Source: Octopus bimaculoides | Taxonomy: Eukaryota | Assembly: GCF_001194135.2 (NCBI RefSeq) | Contig: NC_068990.1 | Coordinates: 742,253 to 778,487, forward strand | Length of the DNA stretch: 36,235 nucleotides | Reading direction: 5' to 3' | Part shown: positions 10,456 to 21,050 of the stretch, piece by piece | How positions within the stretch are numbered: the first letter of the stretch is position 1 | How the letters are laid out: each line of letters starts with the position of its first letter | The notes under the pieces: generated by a model | Databases searched by the model: none | What the model saw: the letters and a program-made list of their open reading frames with translations, nothing else | What the model was told of the DNA's origin: nothing | Position numbers and translations under genes: made by a program

Positions 10456-10625
10456 GGTGCTGGAGTGGCTGTGTGGTAAGTGGCTTGCTGAGCTACCACA
10501 ATATTTCCTGTTCAGTCCCATTGTGTGACACCTTGGGCAAGTGTTTTCTACTATAGCCTCGGGCCGACTAAAGCCTTGTGAGTGGATTTAGTAGACAGAA
10601 ACTGAAAGAAGACCGTCGTATATGT
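10456..10625 (+). mobile_element. SINE family A head
   Basis: GTGGCTGTGTGGTAAG (box A-like), GTTCAGTCCC (box B-like), CACCTTGGGCAAGTG, GAAACTGAAAGAAGACCGTCG, then TA repeats. Confidence 0.9.
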
Positions 10626-10689
10626 ATAAGGACGGTGATGATATCCGCCGGTAGACTGAACCACATTCTCGTATCAACTAATAATAATT

Positions 10690-10870
10690 CTTTCTAACTT
10701 TGACGCATAGCTAGCAATTTTGAGGGAAGGAGTACTTTACCGGCGCTTCATTTTATAAACCCTGAAAGGATGAAAAGTAAAGCTGAGCTCGGTGGGATTT
10801 GAACCCAGAGCGTAAGGAGTCAGAAGAAATGCCTTGAGGTATTTCTTCCATCGCTATAGAAGTTCTGCCA
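10690..10870 (-). mobile_element. tRNA-derived SINE family B
   Basis: CCCTGAAAGGATGAAAAGTAAAGCTGAGCTCGGTGGGATTTGAACCCAG is homologous to the copies at 16.8-18.1 kb and 20.2-21.1 kb. Confidence 0.75.
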
Positions 10871-10944
10871 GAATGCTACTTTAGACTAACTAATAAGAAT
10901 TGGGAATAATTAGGGCAGCTTTGTACTTCCCACGGTCGCCACAA

Positions 10945-11288
10945 ACTATGAGTGTGTGCATGTATGTGTGTGTGTATATGTGTGTGTGCATGTGCATATG
11001 CATATGCATGTGTGTGTGTATGTGTGCAACAGAGCATTTATGTCGTGTCTACATTTTTAGAATGCAGACATTTAATACACTGTCTTGGTTTCAGTTTGGT
11101 AAGCACTTGATAAAATTCAATAGCCATTTCGGAATATGATAGCAGCGGTCTCAGATGTTTGCTACATGTCACACACACACACACACACACTCTCTCTCTC
11201 TGTCTCTCTCTCTGTCTCTCTCTCTGTCTCTCTGTGTGTCTCTCTCTGTGTCTCTCTCTGTGTCTCTCTCTCTGTCTCTCTCTCTCCC

Positions 11289-11374
<86 letters not shown>

Positions 11375-11400
11375 CTCACATGCACACATACACATATATT
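10945..11400. repeat. Compound (TG)n/(CA)n/(CT)n microsatellite block
   Basis: Long (CT)n/(CTGT)n tract at 11190-11375; it generates the poly-SL/ER artefact ORFs. Confidence 0.95.
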
Positions 11401-11584
11401 CACGCATACACGCCCTCACTCGCACGCATACATGCATTTTGATAATCCAGCGCACCATTCTTCATATATTTTATATTCATATAATTTCTATATTCTTCAT
11501 TAATCATCATTCATCCCACCACCGTCTGTCACATCCTCCTTTATGTTACTTTGTATGGATATATTTTATCATGTATGTGTGTCC

Positions 11585-13021
11585 TTATTCAGTTCATTTC
11601 AAGATTTCTTGCCAATAGAGAAAGAACCGGTTTCTAACCTAGATCCAAGGCTCCTTCACTGGAATTTCAGCATCAACAACAGAGTATGTATGTATGTATG
11701 TATGTATGTATGTATATGTGCAGATTTGTATGTCTCATGTATGTTTTCTCATGCATAGAGTTGCATATCTAGACATGCTCATATATATCTAAATAATAAA
11801 CTTCTGGAAAATTTTACAGATATTTACAGTTCCATTGATGGATTGGATCTGTAGTCTTCGATTTAGCTTTCTCCTTTCTGGTTTTGANNNNNNNNNNNNN
11901 NNNNNNNNNNNNNNNNNNNNNNNNNNNNNNNNNNNNNNNNNNNNNNNNNNNNNNNNNNNNNNNNNNNNNNNNNNNNNNNNNNNNNNNNNNNNNNNNNNNN
12001 NNNNNNNNNNNNNNNNNNNNNNNNNNNNNNNNNNNNNNNNNNNNNNNNNNNNNNNGAGAAGGCTAATTTCTCAAGATTGGTATTTAGGCAGTGTGTTACA
12101 TATCCCAAGGCCCCAATAATTACAGGAATAAACCTGAACTTGTAATCTGGATAGAGTAACTGTAGATTTCTCAATAGTTCAGCATAAGTGTTTTCTTTTT
12201 CACTGATCTTCAGCTCTATGTTAACATCCGCTGAGCAGCTAATTTCCACAACTGTGCACAGTTTCTCTTCTCTATCCCAAATCATTATATCAGGTCTGTT
12301 GTGCTTACATTTTACTGAGGTCTTCACCTCTTATTATGAGTGGCTATGGCTTCTACCATATTGTGGGTTCTTATTTCTTTGTCCTCGGGATTATCTATCC
12401 TACAGATTTCATTATAGAGTGTCCCAGCTACAACATCATATATCATCGGTAGATGATACTGTGATGACATTTTCGGACGACTGTTTATGATGTGGCTGAT
12501 ATCTTCCGTGTAAACTCCACAAAGTCTGCATCGGTTGTCATATTTTACTGCTTTTCCTGCATCTCTATCCCTTTTGTGCATCAGGTACTTGGTTGATATT
12601 TCCTGATCCTATCATCACGGGGCTTTCTACTAACATATCCATGCATAGTCTTCTACTCATACAGGATCATCCTTTCATCTGATGATACGTTACGGTCGAG
12701 TCATGCGGCTTCTTTGGGCATGTATTCTAGGGTATCAAAGAGTGTTGCTCAAGGAGCTGCCTTCCAAGTCTTATGATGTTATCAGCCTCATGTATGCAAA
12801 CTTGGTCAAGGGATGCACTTCAACACTTGGTAGTTAAAAGATGTTGCTGAAAGGGATATGATATGACATTCAAAGGCATTTTGGATCAATGTTAAGCCTC
12901 TTCCGCCTTGTTTTCATTTTAGGCAGAGGCGGTCTACGTCACTGTTTATGTGGAAATTATGTGTGCTTGTTAGTACTTTTGGGGTTTTCACATCAATGGC
13001 TTGGATCTCACCAAGCATCCA
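11585..13021 (-). mobile_element. RLE non-LTR retrotransposon 3' part (R4/Dong-like, distinct subfamily), copy 4
   Basis: MHGYV...; CRLCGVYTEDISHIINS(R)PKMSS; KCKHNRPDIMIWD...VEISCSAD...EKENTY...FIPVIIGALG; ends ...CKIFQKFII* at 11789. The 3' UTR contains (CATA)n. The 5' end is lost in a gap. Confidence 0.9.
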
Positions 13022-13757
13022 NNNNNNNNNNNNNNNNNNNNNNNNNNNNNNNNNNNNNNNNNNNNNNNNNNNNNNNNNNNNNNNNNNNNNNNNNNNNNNN
13101 NNNNNNNNNNNNNNNNNNNNNNNNNNNNNNNNNNNNNNNNNNNNNNNNNNNNNNNNNNNNNNNNNNNNNNNNNNNNNNNNNNNNNNNNNNNNNNNNNNNN
13201 NNNNNNNNNNNNNNNNNNNNNNNNNNNNNNNNNNNNNNNNNNNNNNNNNNNNNNNNNNNNNNNNNNNNNNNNNNNNNNNNNNNNNNNNNNNNNNNNNNNN
13301 NNNNNNNNNNNNNNNNNNNNNNNNNNNNNNNNNNNNNNNNNNNNNNNNNNNNNNNNNNNNNNNNNNNNNNNNNNNNNNNNNNNNNNNNNNNNNNNNNNNN
13401 NNNNNNNNNNNNNNNNNNNNNNNNNNNNNNNNNNNNNNNNNNNNNNNNNNNNNNNNNNNNNNNNNNNNNNNNNNNNNNNNNNNNNNNNNNNNNNNNNNNN
13501 NNNNNNNNNNNNNNNNNNNNNNNNNNNNNNNNNNNNNNNNNNNNNNNNNNNNNNNNNNNNNNNNNNNNNNNNNNNNNNNNNNNNNNNNNNNNNNNNNNNN
13601 NNNNNNNNNNNNNNNNNNNNNNNNNNNNNNNNNNNNNNNNNNNNNNNNNNNNNNNNNNNNNNNNNNNNNNNNNNNNNNNNNNNNNNNNNNNNNNNNNNNN
13701 NNNNNNNNNNNNNNNNNNNNNNNNNNNNNNNAAAAAAAAAAAAAAGAGACCGATCCG

Positions 13758-13810
13758 TGGTATGTATGTATGTATGTATGTATGTATGTATGTATGTATG
13801 TATGTATGTT
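13758..13810. repeat. (TATG)n microsatellite
   Basis: Direct reading. Confidence 0.95.
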
Positions 13811-14258
13811 TATACCATATTTACCATTGTATAAATTGCACTATATTATCCTTGGTTCTAGTCGAAGAAGCTAGTGTAATTTACACATGACGCAAAACTA
13901 AAGCTTTTGCTCTCTAAACGCTGCTTACCCACCGGTCAGGTTAACCGCCATTGTTACCGCCTAACACTGTTCGTTTCAACTAAAAACACTTTTAGTTGGC
14001 GCTTAAACGTTATATATTGTGTTATTTCCTTGTTTCTAGTCGTAACTTGAATAACTTGATATTCTTTCTTTATTGTTTGTTATCTATTTTGTATGTCAAT
14101 AAATGTGTTTCAACGCAGCCATTCATTCTGTTGACACATGCAAAGTTAATTAACATCGTCAATTATGATACCATGCTTGAATATGATGGAGAAAAAGAAT
14201 TGTGTACCAAGATTTAATACTAAATTAGTGGTGTGACTCATACACGAGTAAATACGGT

Positions 14259-14390
14259 ACATACATACATACATACATACATACATACATACATACATGC
14301 ATGCATGCATGCGTGCATGCGTACGTACGTACGTACGTATGTATGTATGTATGTATGTATGTATGTATGTATGTATGTATGTGTGTGTGT
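14259..14390. repeat. (CATA)n-(CATG)n-(CGTA)n-(TATG)n compound microsatellite
   Basis: Direct reading; the arms are self-complementary. Confidence 0.95.
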
Positions 14391-14894
14391 TGTTGATGAC
14401 AATAATTTTTAAAAGGCTTTTTCTATCCAAAGGACTTTTTGCCTATTAATTTACGTGCTTTTATTTATAGCTTTATCGGCTTCCAGATACNNNNNNNNNN
14501 NNNNNNNNNNNNNNNNNNNNNNNNNNNNNNNNNNNNNNNNNNNNNNNNNNNNNNNNNNNNNNNNNNNNNNNNNNNNNNNNNNNNNNNNNNNNNNNNNNNN
14601 NNNNNNNNNNNNNNNNNNNNNNNNNNNNNNNNNNNNNNNNNNNNNNNNNNNNNNNNNNNNNNNNNNNNNNNNNNNNNNNNNNNNNNNNNNNNNNNNNNNN
14701 NNNNNNNNNNNNNNNNNNNNNNNNNNNNNNNNNNNNNNNNNNNNNNNNNNNNNNNNNNNNNNNNNNNNNNNNNNNNNNNNNNNNNNNNNNNNNNNNNNNN
14801 NNNNNNNNNNNNNNNNNNNNNNNNNNNNNNNNNNNTATATAGATGCTTGTGTTAATCGTAGTCTGCCTGATTTTAACTTTTTCCATTCTATCCA

Positions 14895-14895
14895 C

Positions 14896-14974
<79 letters not shown>

Positions 14975-15275
14975 GCGTGTGTGTATATATGTATATGTAT
15001 ATATATATATGTGTGTGTGTGTGTATATTTATATAGATGTATGCTTGTATGTATGTATGTATGCACGAGTGTGTGTTCGTGTCTGCGTTTGTTCCCAGTT
15101 ACCGCTTGACAACCGGTGCTGGTTTATTTACACCCCGTAACCTAGCATTTCGGGAAACGGACTCCAATAAAGTCAATACCAGGCTGTAAAAATCACAAGG
15201 GTCGATTGTTTTCGACTAAACCCTTTCAATGGCCGTGCCCCAGCGTGGTCGCAGACCAATGATTGAAAAGGAAGA
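14895..15275 (+). mobile_element. (TG)n tract plus SINE family A tail
   Basis: After (TG)n comes ACCGCTTGACAACCGG...CCCCGTAACCTAGC...GGGTCGATT...CCAGCGTGGTCGCAG, homologous to 6585-6650 and 31495-31672. Confidence 0.8.
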
Positions 15276-16599
15276 TAAAAGATCATAAGAAAGAACGAAA
15301 GAAAAGAAAAGAAAGGAGGAAAGGAAAGAAGAAGGAGAGAAAGAGGGATGATTAAGAATCATGGCTGGAATGCGTTTGATCAAAAGTCCTCTGGATTAGA
15401 GTTGAAATGACGCAAAACAGTAAACCCAACAAGGAATAATATATATTGAAGAATATTCAGTCAACTTAACACCCTCCCTCTCATACGAAATTAATACGGG
15501 CCTTATCTTGTTACCAAAGGAAATCATTATTTCAACCCAATTCGTCACTGCTGTTAGTGGGGGTCGCCGCTACCACTAGCATCGTCGTGGTCGTCGTAGT
15601 TGCTGTTTTTGCTCAATTTGGTCTGACAATTCTGAATGTATTTAATGTTAGTGTTTTATTTATATACTTTTGTTGTTGTTGATTTGTTCGTTGGTTACTT
15701 TCGAAATTTTCCCTTTTCATGTTTTTGTCGTTGTTTTTATCATTTATATATTTCTGCTATTGTTTAACCGAGTAACAAATATGTCAAATACATTCATTTG
15801 ATTATTTATATAGCGTTGTTTGTTAATGCTGTTTGTCGTTGTTGTTGTTGCATAAAAATTCCACACCCTAAAACATCCTGATTAGAACAGCGGCATTTTG
15901 GGGAGGGGGGGACTAGAATTAAATATATTTACCAATGGAATAACTAAAGATCCTTCTCTCTCTCTCTCTCTCCGTCTCCCTCCTCTCTCTCTCTCCGTCT
16001 CCCTCCTCTCTCTCTCTCAGTCTTTCTCTCCCTCTTACTCACACATACACACACACGCACAAACACGTATTCGTTCACACATACTTACACACATGATGTA
16101 TATATATATGTATATATATACCTAACTACATATGTTTATACATTATTCTAAGCATATAGAGAGAACACCCATTCTCCTTCTNNNNNNNNNNNNNNNNNNN
16201 NNNNNNNNNNNNNNNNNNNNNNNNNNNNNNNNNNNNNNNNNNNNNNNNNNNNNNNNNNNNNNNNNNNNNNNNNNNNNNNNNNNNNNNNNNNTCTCTCCCT
16301 CTCTCTCTCCCTCTCTCTCCCCTCCTCTTCTCGTCCCCTCTCTCTCTCTCTGACAATTCCTGCCAATGTCCCAATTCCAGCAAATAAAGGAAATGTTAAA
16401 AGTTATAAAATCTTTCAACAGCAACAGACGACCACATTCCATTAGTGGGAGGTGGATTCACGGTAGTGGTGGTTGGCACGGTGGGCACGGTGGCATTAGC
16501 GATGGTGGTCTATTTCTGAACTTCCAGTCACCAGGTTGTTAGCAGACAATGGATAGTAGGAAGAGGAAGAAGGGGAAAAAGGGAGACGAGGGGATGAGG

Positions 16600-16667
16600 A
16601 TGATGATGATGATGATGATGATGAAGAAGAAGAAGAAGAAGAAGAAGAAGAAGAAGAAGAAGAAGAA
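16600..16667. repeat. (GAT)n(GAA)n microsatellite
   Basis: Direct reading. Confidence 0.95.
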
Positions 16668-16809
16668 TTTAAAGGAAGCGTGAGAAGAATATCTAAACAA
16701 AAAATTATTAGCGATAATAATTAATTCTAAGATAGGACTGCGTGAAAAAGATTTAATATGATTTAAGTTGATTTAATATGAACCTACCACTTGATTAGTA
16801 CCTAGTTAT

Positions 16810-18115
16810 TGTATTGATAACAAATTTTGGCACAAGGCCGGAATTTGAATCCAGAAAAAAGACGGATAACATACCACTAAGAATTTTGCCTGGCGTGCTA
16901 ACGATTCTGTCAGCTCGCCGCCTTGATGTCGACCCCGGCAGCATTTGAACTCAGAAAGTAAAATCGGAAGAAACGCTGCTAAGCATCTTTCCCGCTCTCC
17001 ACTCTGATAATAGTAACTGTTTATCCGCACAGGGCCTGATAATTTTAGGCGGGATGGGGTCTAAAGTACCGTCGAGTTGATCGATACTTCAGTATTTGAA
17101 TGATACTTTATTTTATCGAATCTGAAATGATTGAAAGGCGAAGTTGACTTTTGCGGTATTTGCCCTCAAAATGTAAAGAACTAAATACCATAAGATGTTA
17201 CCACAAATGTTTCGTTCAACACTAATATTTCTTTCTTAAATTCTTCTTAAATAGGAGGGAATGGGGATAGTCGATATTATCAACTTCATACTTTTATTTC
17301 ATCGATCCCATAAAACAGAAAGACGAAATTGCTGGCAGGAATTTTTGGGACGGGGATGAATCGATTACATCGGCCCCAGTGTTCAACTGGTACTTATTTT
17401 ATCGATCTCGAAAGGATAAAAGTCAAAGTCGACCTCAGCGGAATTTGAACTCAGAAAGTAAGAGAGCATTTTACCCGGCGCGCTAACAATTCTGCCAGCT
17501 CACCACATTACGCTAATAGACTAGTAACTGTTTTAACATCCGCACAAGGCCTGAAATGTTAGGCGGGATGGGGTCCAGAATACAGTCGAGTTAATCGATA
17601 CTTCAGTACTTGAATGACATTTCATTTTATCAATCCCGAAATGATTGACTTTAGCTGGATTTGTCCTCAAAATGTAAAAAGAAATACGCAAATCATTTTT
17701 GTTTTCCGATACTCTAACTATTCTGTTAATCCATCGCCTTTAATATAGGCAAAATACCAGCAATTTTTGAGAGGAGGGGGATTAGTGGATAACATTAACC
17801 CAGTACTTGACTAGTACTGTGTTTTATCGACCCTGAGAAGATGAAAGGTAAAGTTGACGGTGGAATTTGAACTAAGAACGTAAAAACGGCCGAAAATACC
17901 ACAAAGCATATTGTCCAACTCTCTAACAATTTTGCCAGCTCAGAGCTTTAATAACAATCATGATAAAAATAGTTTCAAATTTTGGAGCAAGGTCAGGAAT
18001 TTTAGAGGGTGGTGAGCTGGGTATCGGTCTGTTACATCTAACTCTTGTACTTGATTGGTTCATTATTTTATCGACCAACACCGTACAGATGAAAAGCACA
18101 GTTGACCGTTCTTGT
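16810..18115 (-). mobile_element. Array of about 7 full or partial SINE family B copies in the same orientation
   Basis: TTTTATCGA..CC.GAAA...AAAGTYGAC...GGAATTTGAAC and GCTAACRATTCTGYCAGCT recur. On the minus strand these give a tRNA-like head (CTGGCAGAAT.GTTAGC, GAGTTCAAATTCC). Confidence 0.85.
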
Positions 18116-18455
18116 CCAAGGGAATAGAAACTCCTCATTTTTTTTTTGTTACTAATACATTTGTAATTCTAAGTGAACACCTGTGGCTCCAATGCAAGAC
18201 TAGCGGTTGGAAAGTGAGCTCATTTGATTTAAACAAAACTTAAACTGACATTAAAATTTCCTGATTTCGTGTGCAAGGCGAAGCTTGAAAGATTTCTTCA
18301 TTTTCCTGTTCATTTTAAAACTCAGGAATACATTTACATAGTCTTTAATGTAGACTTTCGCCTATTCATTTGTCTACTGTTAGGATCGAATTTTTCATTT
18401 AAGATATACCTGAAGATTATTTAAAAGATTCGCCTCTGCACACATTCGTGTAGAC

Positions 18456-18781
18456 CAGGGGTTCTCAACAATGTTTTTATCTATGGATCCCTGTGATTAT
18501 TTATTTATTCTGGTGGACCTCCATAGCAATTCGATGGTTAAAACAACTTTTACAGAAACTTCTTTCGTAATTTCTATTTTGTTATTCACTCATCCACTTG
18601 TGTAAGTTGAACTATGTAAAATGTTAGAGAAACTTAACTGTTTCTTGCAATACATACTAATAAATGCGTCTAAAAGAAAACTTTTTCAGGAGCCCTTGAA
18701 ATACTATTTTGTTACGTGGACCAACAAAAATCTTATATGGACCCTTAGGGGCCATATATAGACTCCGGTTGAGAACCACAG
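18456..18781. mobile_element. hAT (Charlie-type) MITE, ~326 bp
   Basis: TIRs CAGGGGTTCTCAAC (18456-18469) and GTTGAGAACCACAG (18768-18781) match 12/14. The TSD is not preserved (GTGTAGAC vs GTAAAGTT). Confidence 0.75.
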
Positions 18782-20189
18782 GTAAAGTTACAAAAGTTAC
18801 TATCCTGCATTTGTAACAAATCACATACCCAAGTAGCATTCTCAGAAAATTCTCATTAAGTATATCGTTACCATACTCATCGCTCAGAAAAACTGAGAGC
18901 TATTTCAATCATGTGATAAACTTTTTGCTCCATTGTCTGGATAATAAAAGCTTACAATTATTCGGTAAGTTTACGTCGTTGATTTTACAAACGATGCTGT
19001 AATGTTTCGATGCTATATTTTCCTATTAAATATATTTTTATCGTGTTGATCTCACTTTGAAATCGTTATTCTTACTTTGAACTGCCAAGTCGTATTTTGA
19101 AATCATTTCACTTTGAAGTATCAAGGTCTTCTTTTGAAGCAGAATCTACTCGCTGTGAAGCAACCTCAAATTACGTCGGTAACTAAAAAAAAAAAAGAAT
19201 GACATAACACGAAAAAACATTTAAAAAGATTTGATAGCTTCATGTGTATTTTATTTGACTTTTCACTTCAGAATAGGTTTTTGGGTGCTTTTAAAAAATT
19301 TGTATATTTTAAAAATGTTCGTTTAGACCAACATTAAGTCGGAAAAATCGACAAAAGTTGAAGTTTATTTTTTTTCTACAAATTTCTTGAAAAAGAAAAA
19401 GAAAAAAAAAAGACGTCGAAAAGGTCGTAACTTGATACGAGGTAATCTGAGGTATGGCTGAAGTTACACAAGGACTAACGAAATTGGCGATTAAAAGAAC
19501 AGTAACAGTGGGTGTGTTGCATCGAGGGAGATGAAATGTGAATACATTTAAAATGCAGCATTATATAAAACTAGACGTAAAACGATAAATGAATTAACTG
19601 CTAAACTTTTTCCATGCAAATTGATATCAAATATTACAGCACCAATGTCAGACGCAAACGACCAGTAGTCCCAACAGTGCGTCGCTCGCTCTTTCTCTCT
19701 CACAAATCGGTGCTTGTAATATCATTTTACATCGAGCCATTTCCATATTATTTTATACAGACGTAAAACGATAGTTGCAGAGTTGTATTAGTTCGGCAAG
19801 TGGCTTAGACTGGGTTTTGTGTATATATAAACTAAAACGTTTACACCGTGGCACGGTCATGGTAACCATTTAAAATACACAGACACCGTTATAATCACGT
19901 TTTATTTTGTAATGATATTATATACAAATACTTCTAACATTGGTATAAGGAGTGCTGTCTTAAGGTATAGACAAACAGGTATGGAGCCTCATGGATCAGG
20001 TGACTTAAATTTGATCCATGCATGCTGTCAATAAATAAATACTAAGGGCCCCAGTGCATTGATCTGTCCGATGGTAATATCCCTAGCTGTCAAACAAATA
20101 TTATAGGGCCTAATGCATTGATTTGATCGGGCGCCTATAATGTTGCTAAGACGGCAACGGCCCTAGGTAAAAGGCTAGATATTTGGGAC

Positions 20190-21050
20190 GGGAAGGGTTA
20201 TTTGACTAGATCGCACCCTTTGCCAGTACTTGACTGTTACTTTATTTATATAAAATCAACCAAAAGTAAAGCTGACCTCAGAATGTATATTGCCAAGACA
20301 GATACTGTTAGGGATGTTGTCGGAGTTTCTAACGATTCTGCCAAACCACTGCCTCCATATAATAAACTTTCGCCGCATATCCACGACCAAGTGACTATTA
20401 ATTCTTTCTGATTTTGACACAAGGCCAGCAGTTTTCGGGGTTGGATAAGTCGATTACATTGATCCCAGTACTTGACTGGTTCTTTATTTTATCGACCCCG
20501 AAAGGGTGAAAAGCAAAGCTGACCTCAGCTGGATTTAAACTATGATTGCAAACAGCCGGACGAAATGCTGCTCTATCGGTTTCCCCAGTTCACTGGCCGA
20601 CCAATAATCCTTTCTACTATAAGCACAAGGCCTGAAATGTTGAAAGACGAAGCAAGTCGATTACATCGATCTCAGTGCTTAACTGGTACTTATTTTCTCG
20701 ATTCCGAAAGGAGGAAAAGCAAAGTCGACCTCAGCGGAATACGAACGCAGAACATAAAGACAGACAAAATGCCGTTAATTATTGTGTTCGGCATGCTAAA
20801 GATTCTACCAACGTCACACCTTAATTTCGCCTTACAAATAATGGTTTCGGATTTTAGCACAGGATCAGCAGTTTTGTTGTTGTTGTTGTTGGTTTTTGAG
20901 GGGAGGGATAAGTTGACTGCATCGACCCCAGTACTTGACTGGTACTTATTCAATCTACACCTGATCGGAATTCGAACTCTGAGCGTGTTGTCTGAGGAAA
21001 TGCTGCTAAGCATTTTATTCGGCGTGCTAGCGATTCTGCCAGCTTGTCGC
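20190..21050 (-). mobile_element. Array of about 4 SINE family B copies
   Basis: Repeated CCCCAGTACTTGACTGGTWCTT.TTT.TCGA...AAAGCAAAG..GACCTCAGC..GATT and CTAACGATTCTGCCA, all in one orientation. Confidence 0.85.

Noticed and set aside
11038-11618. Poly-ER/SL, poly-HT/CV and poly-I ORFs (also at 704-952, 2711-3116, 14843-15140, 24441-24784)
   Set aside because: They are translations of microsatellites, with no coding signal.
16810-21050. Recurrent repeats with spacers that superficially resemble a CRISPR array or tRNA cluster
   Set aside because: Units are about 190 bp, highly diverged and SINE-derived; no cloverleaf can be completed and there are no cas genes.
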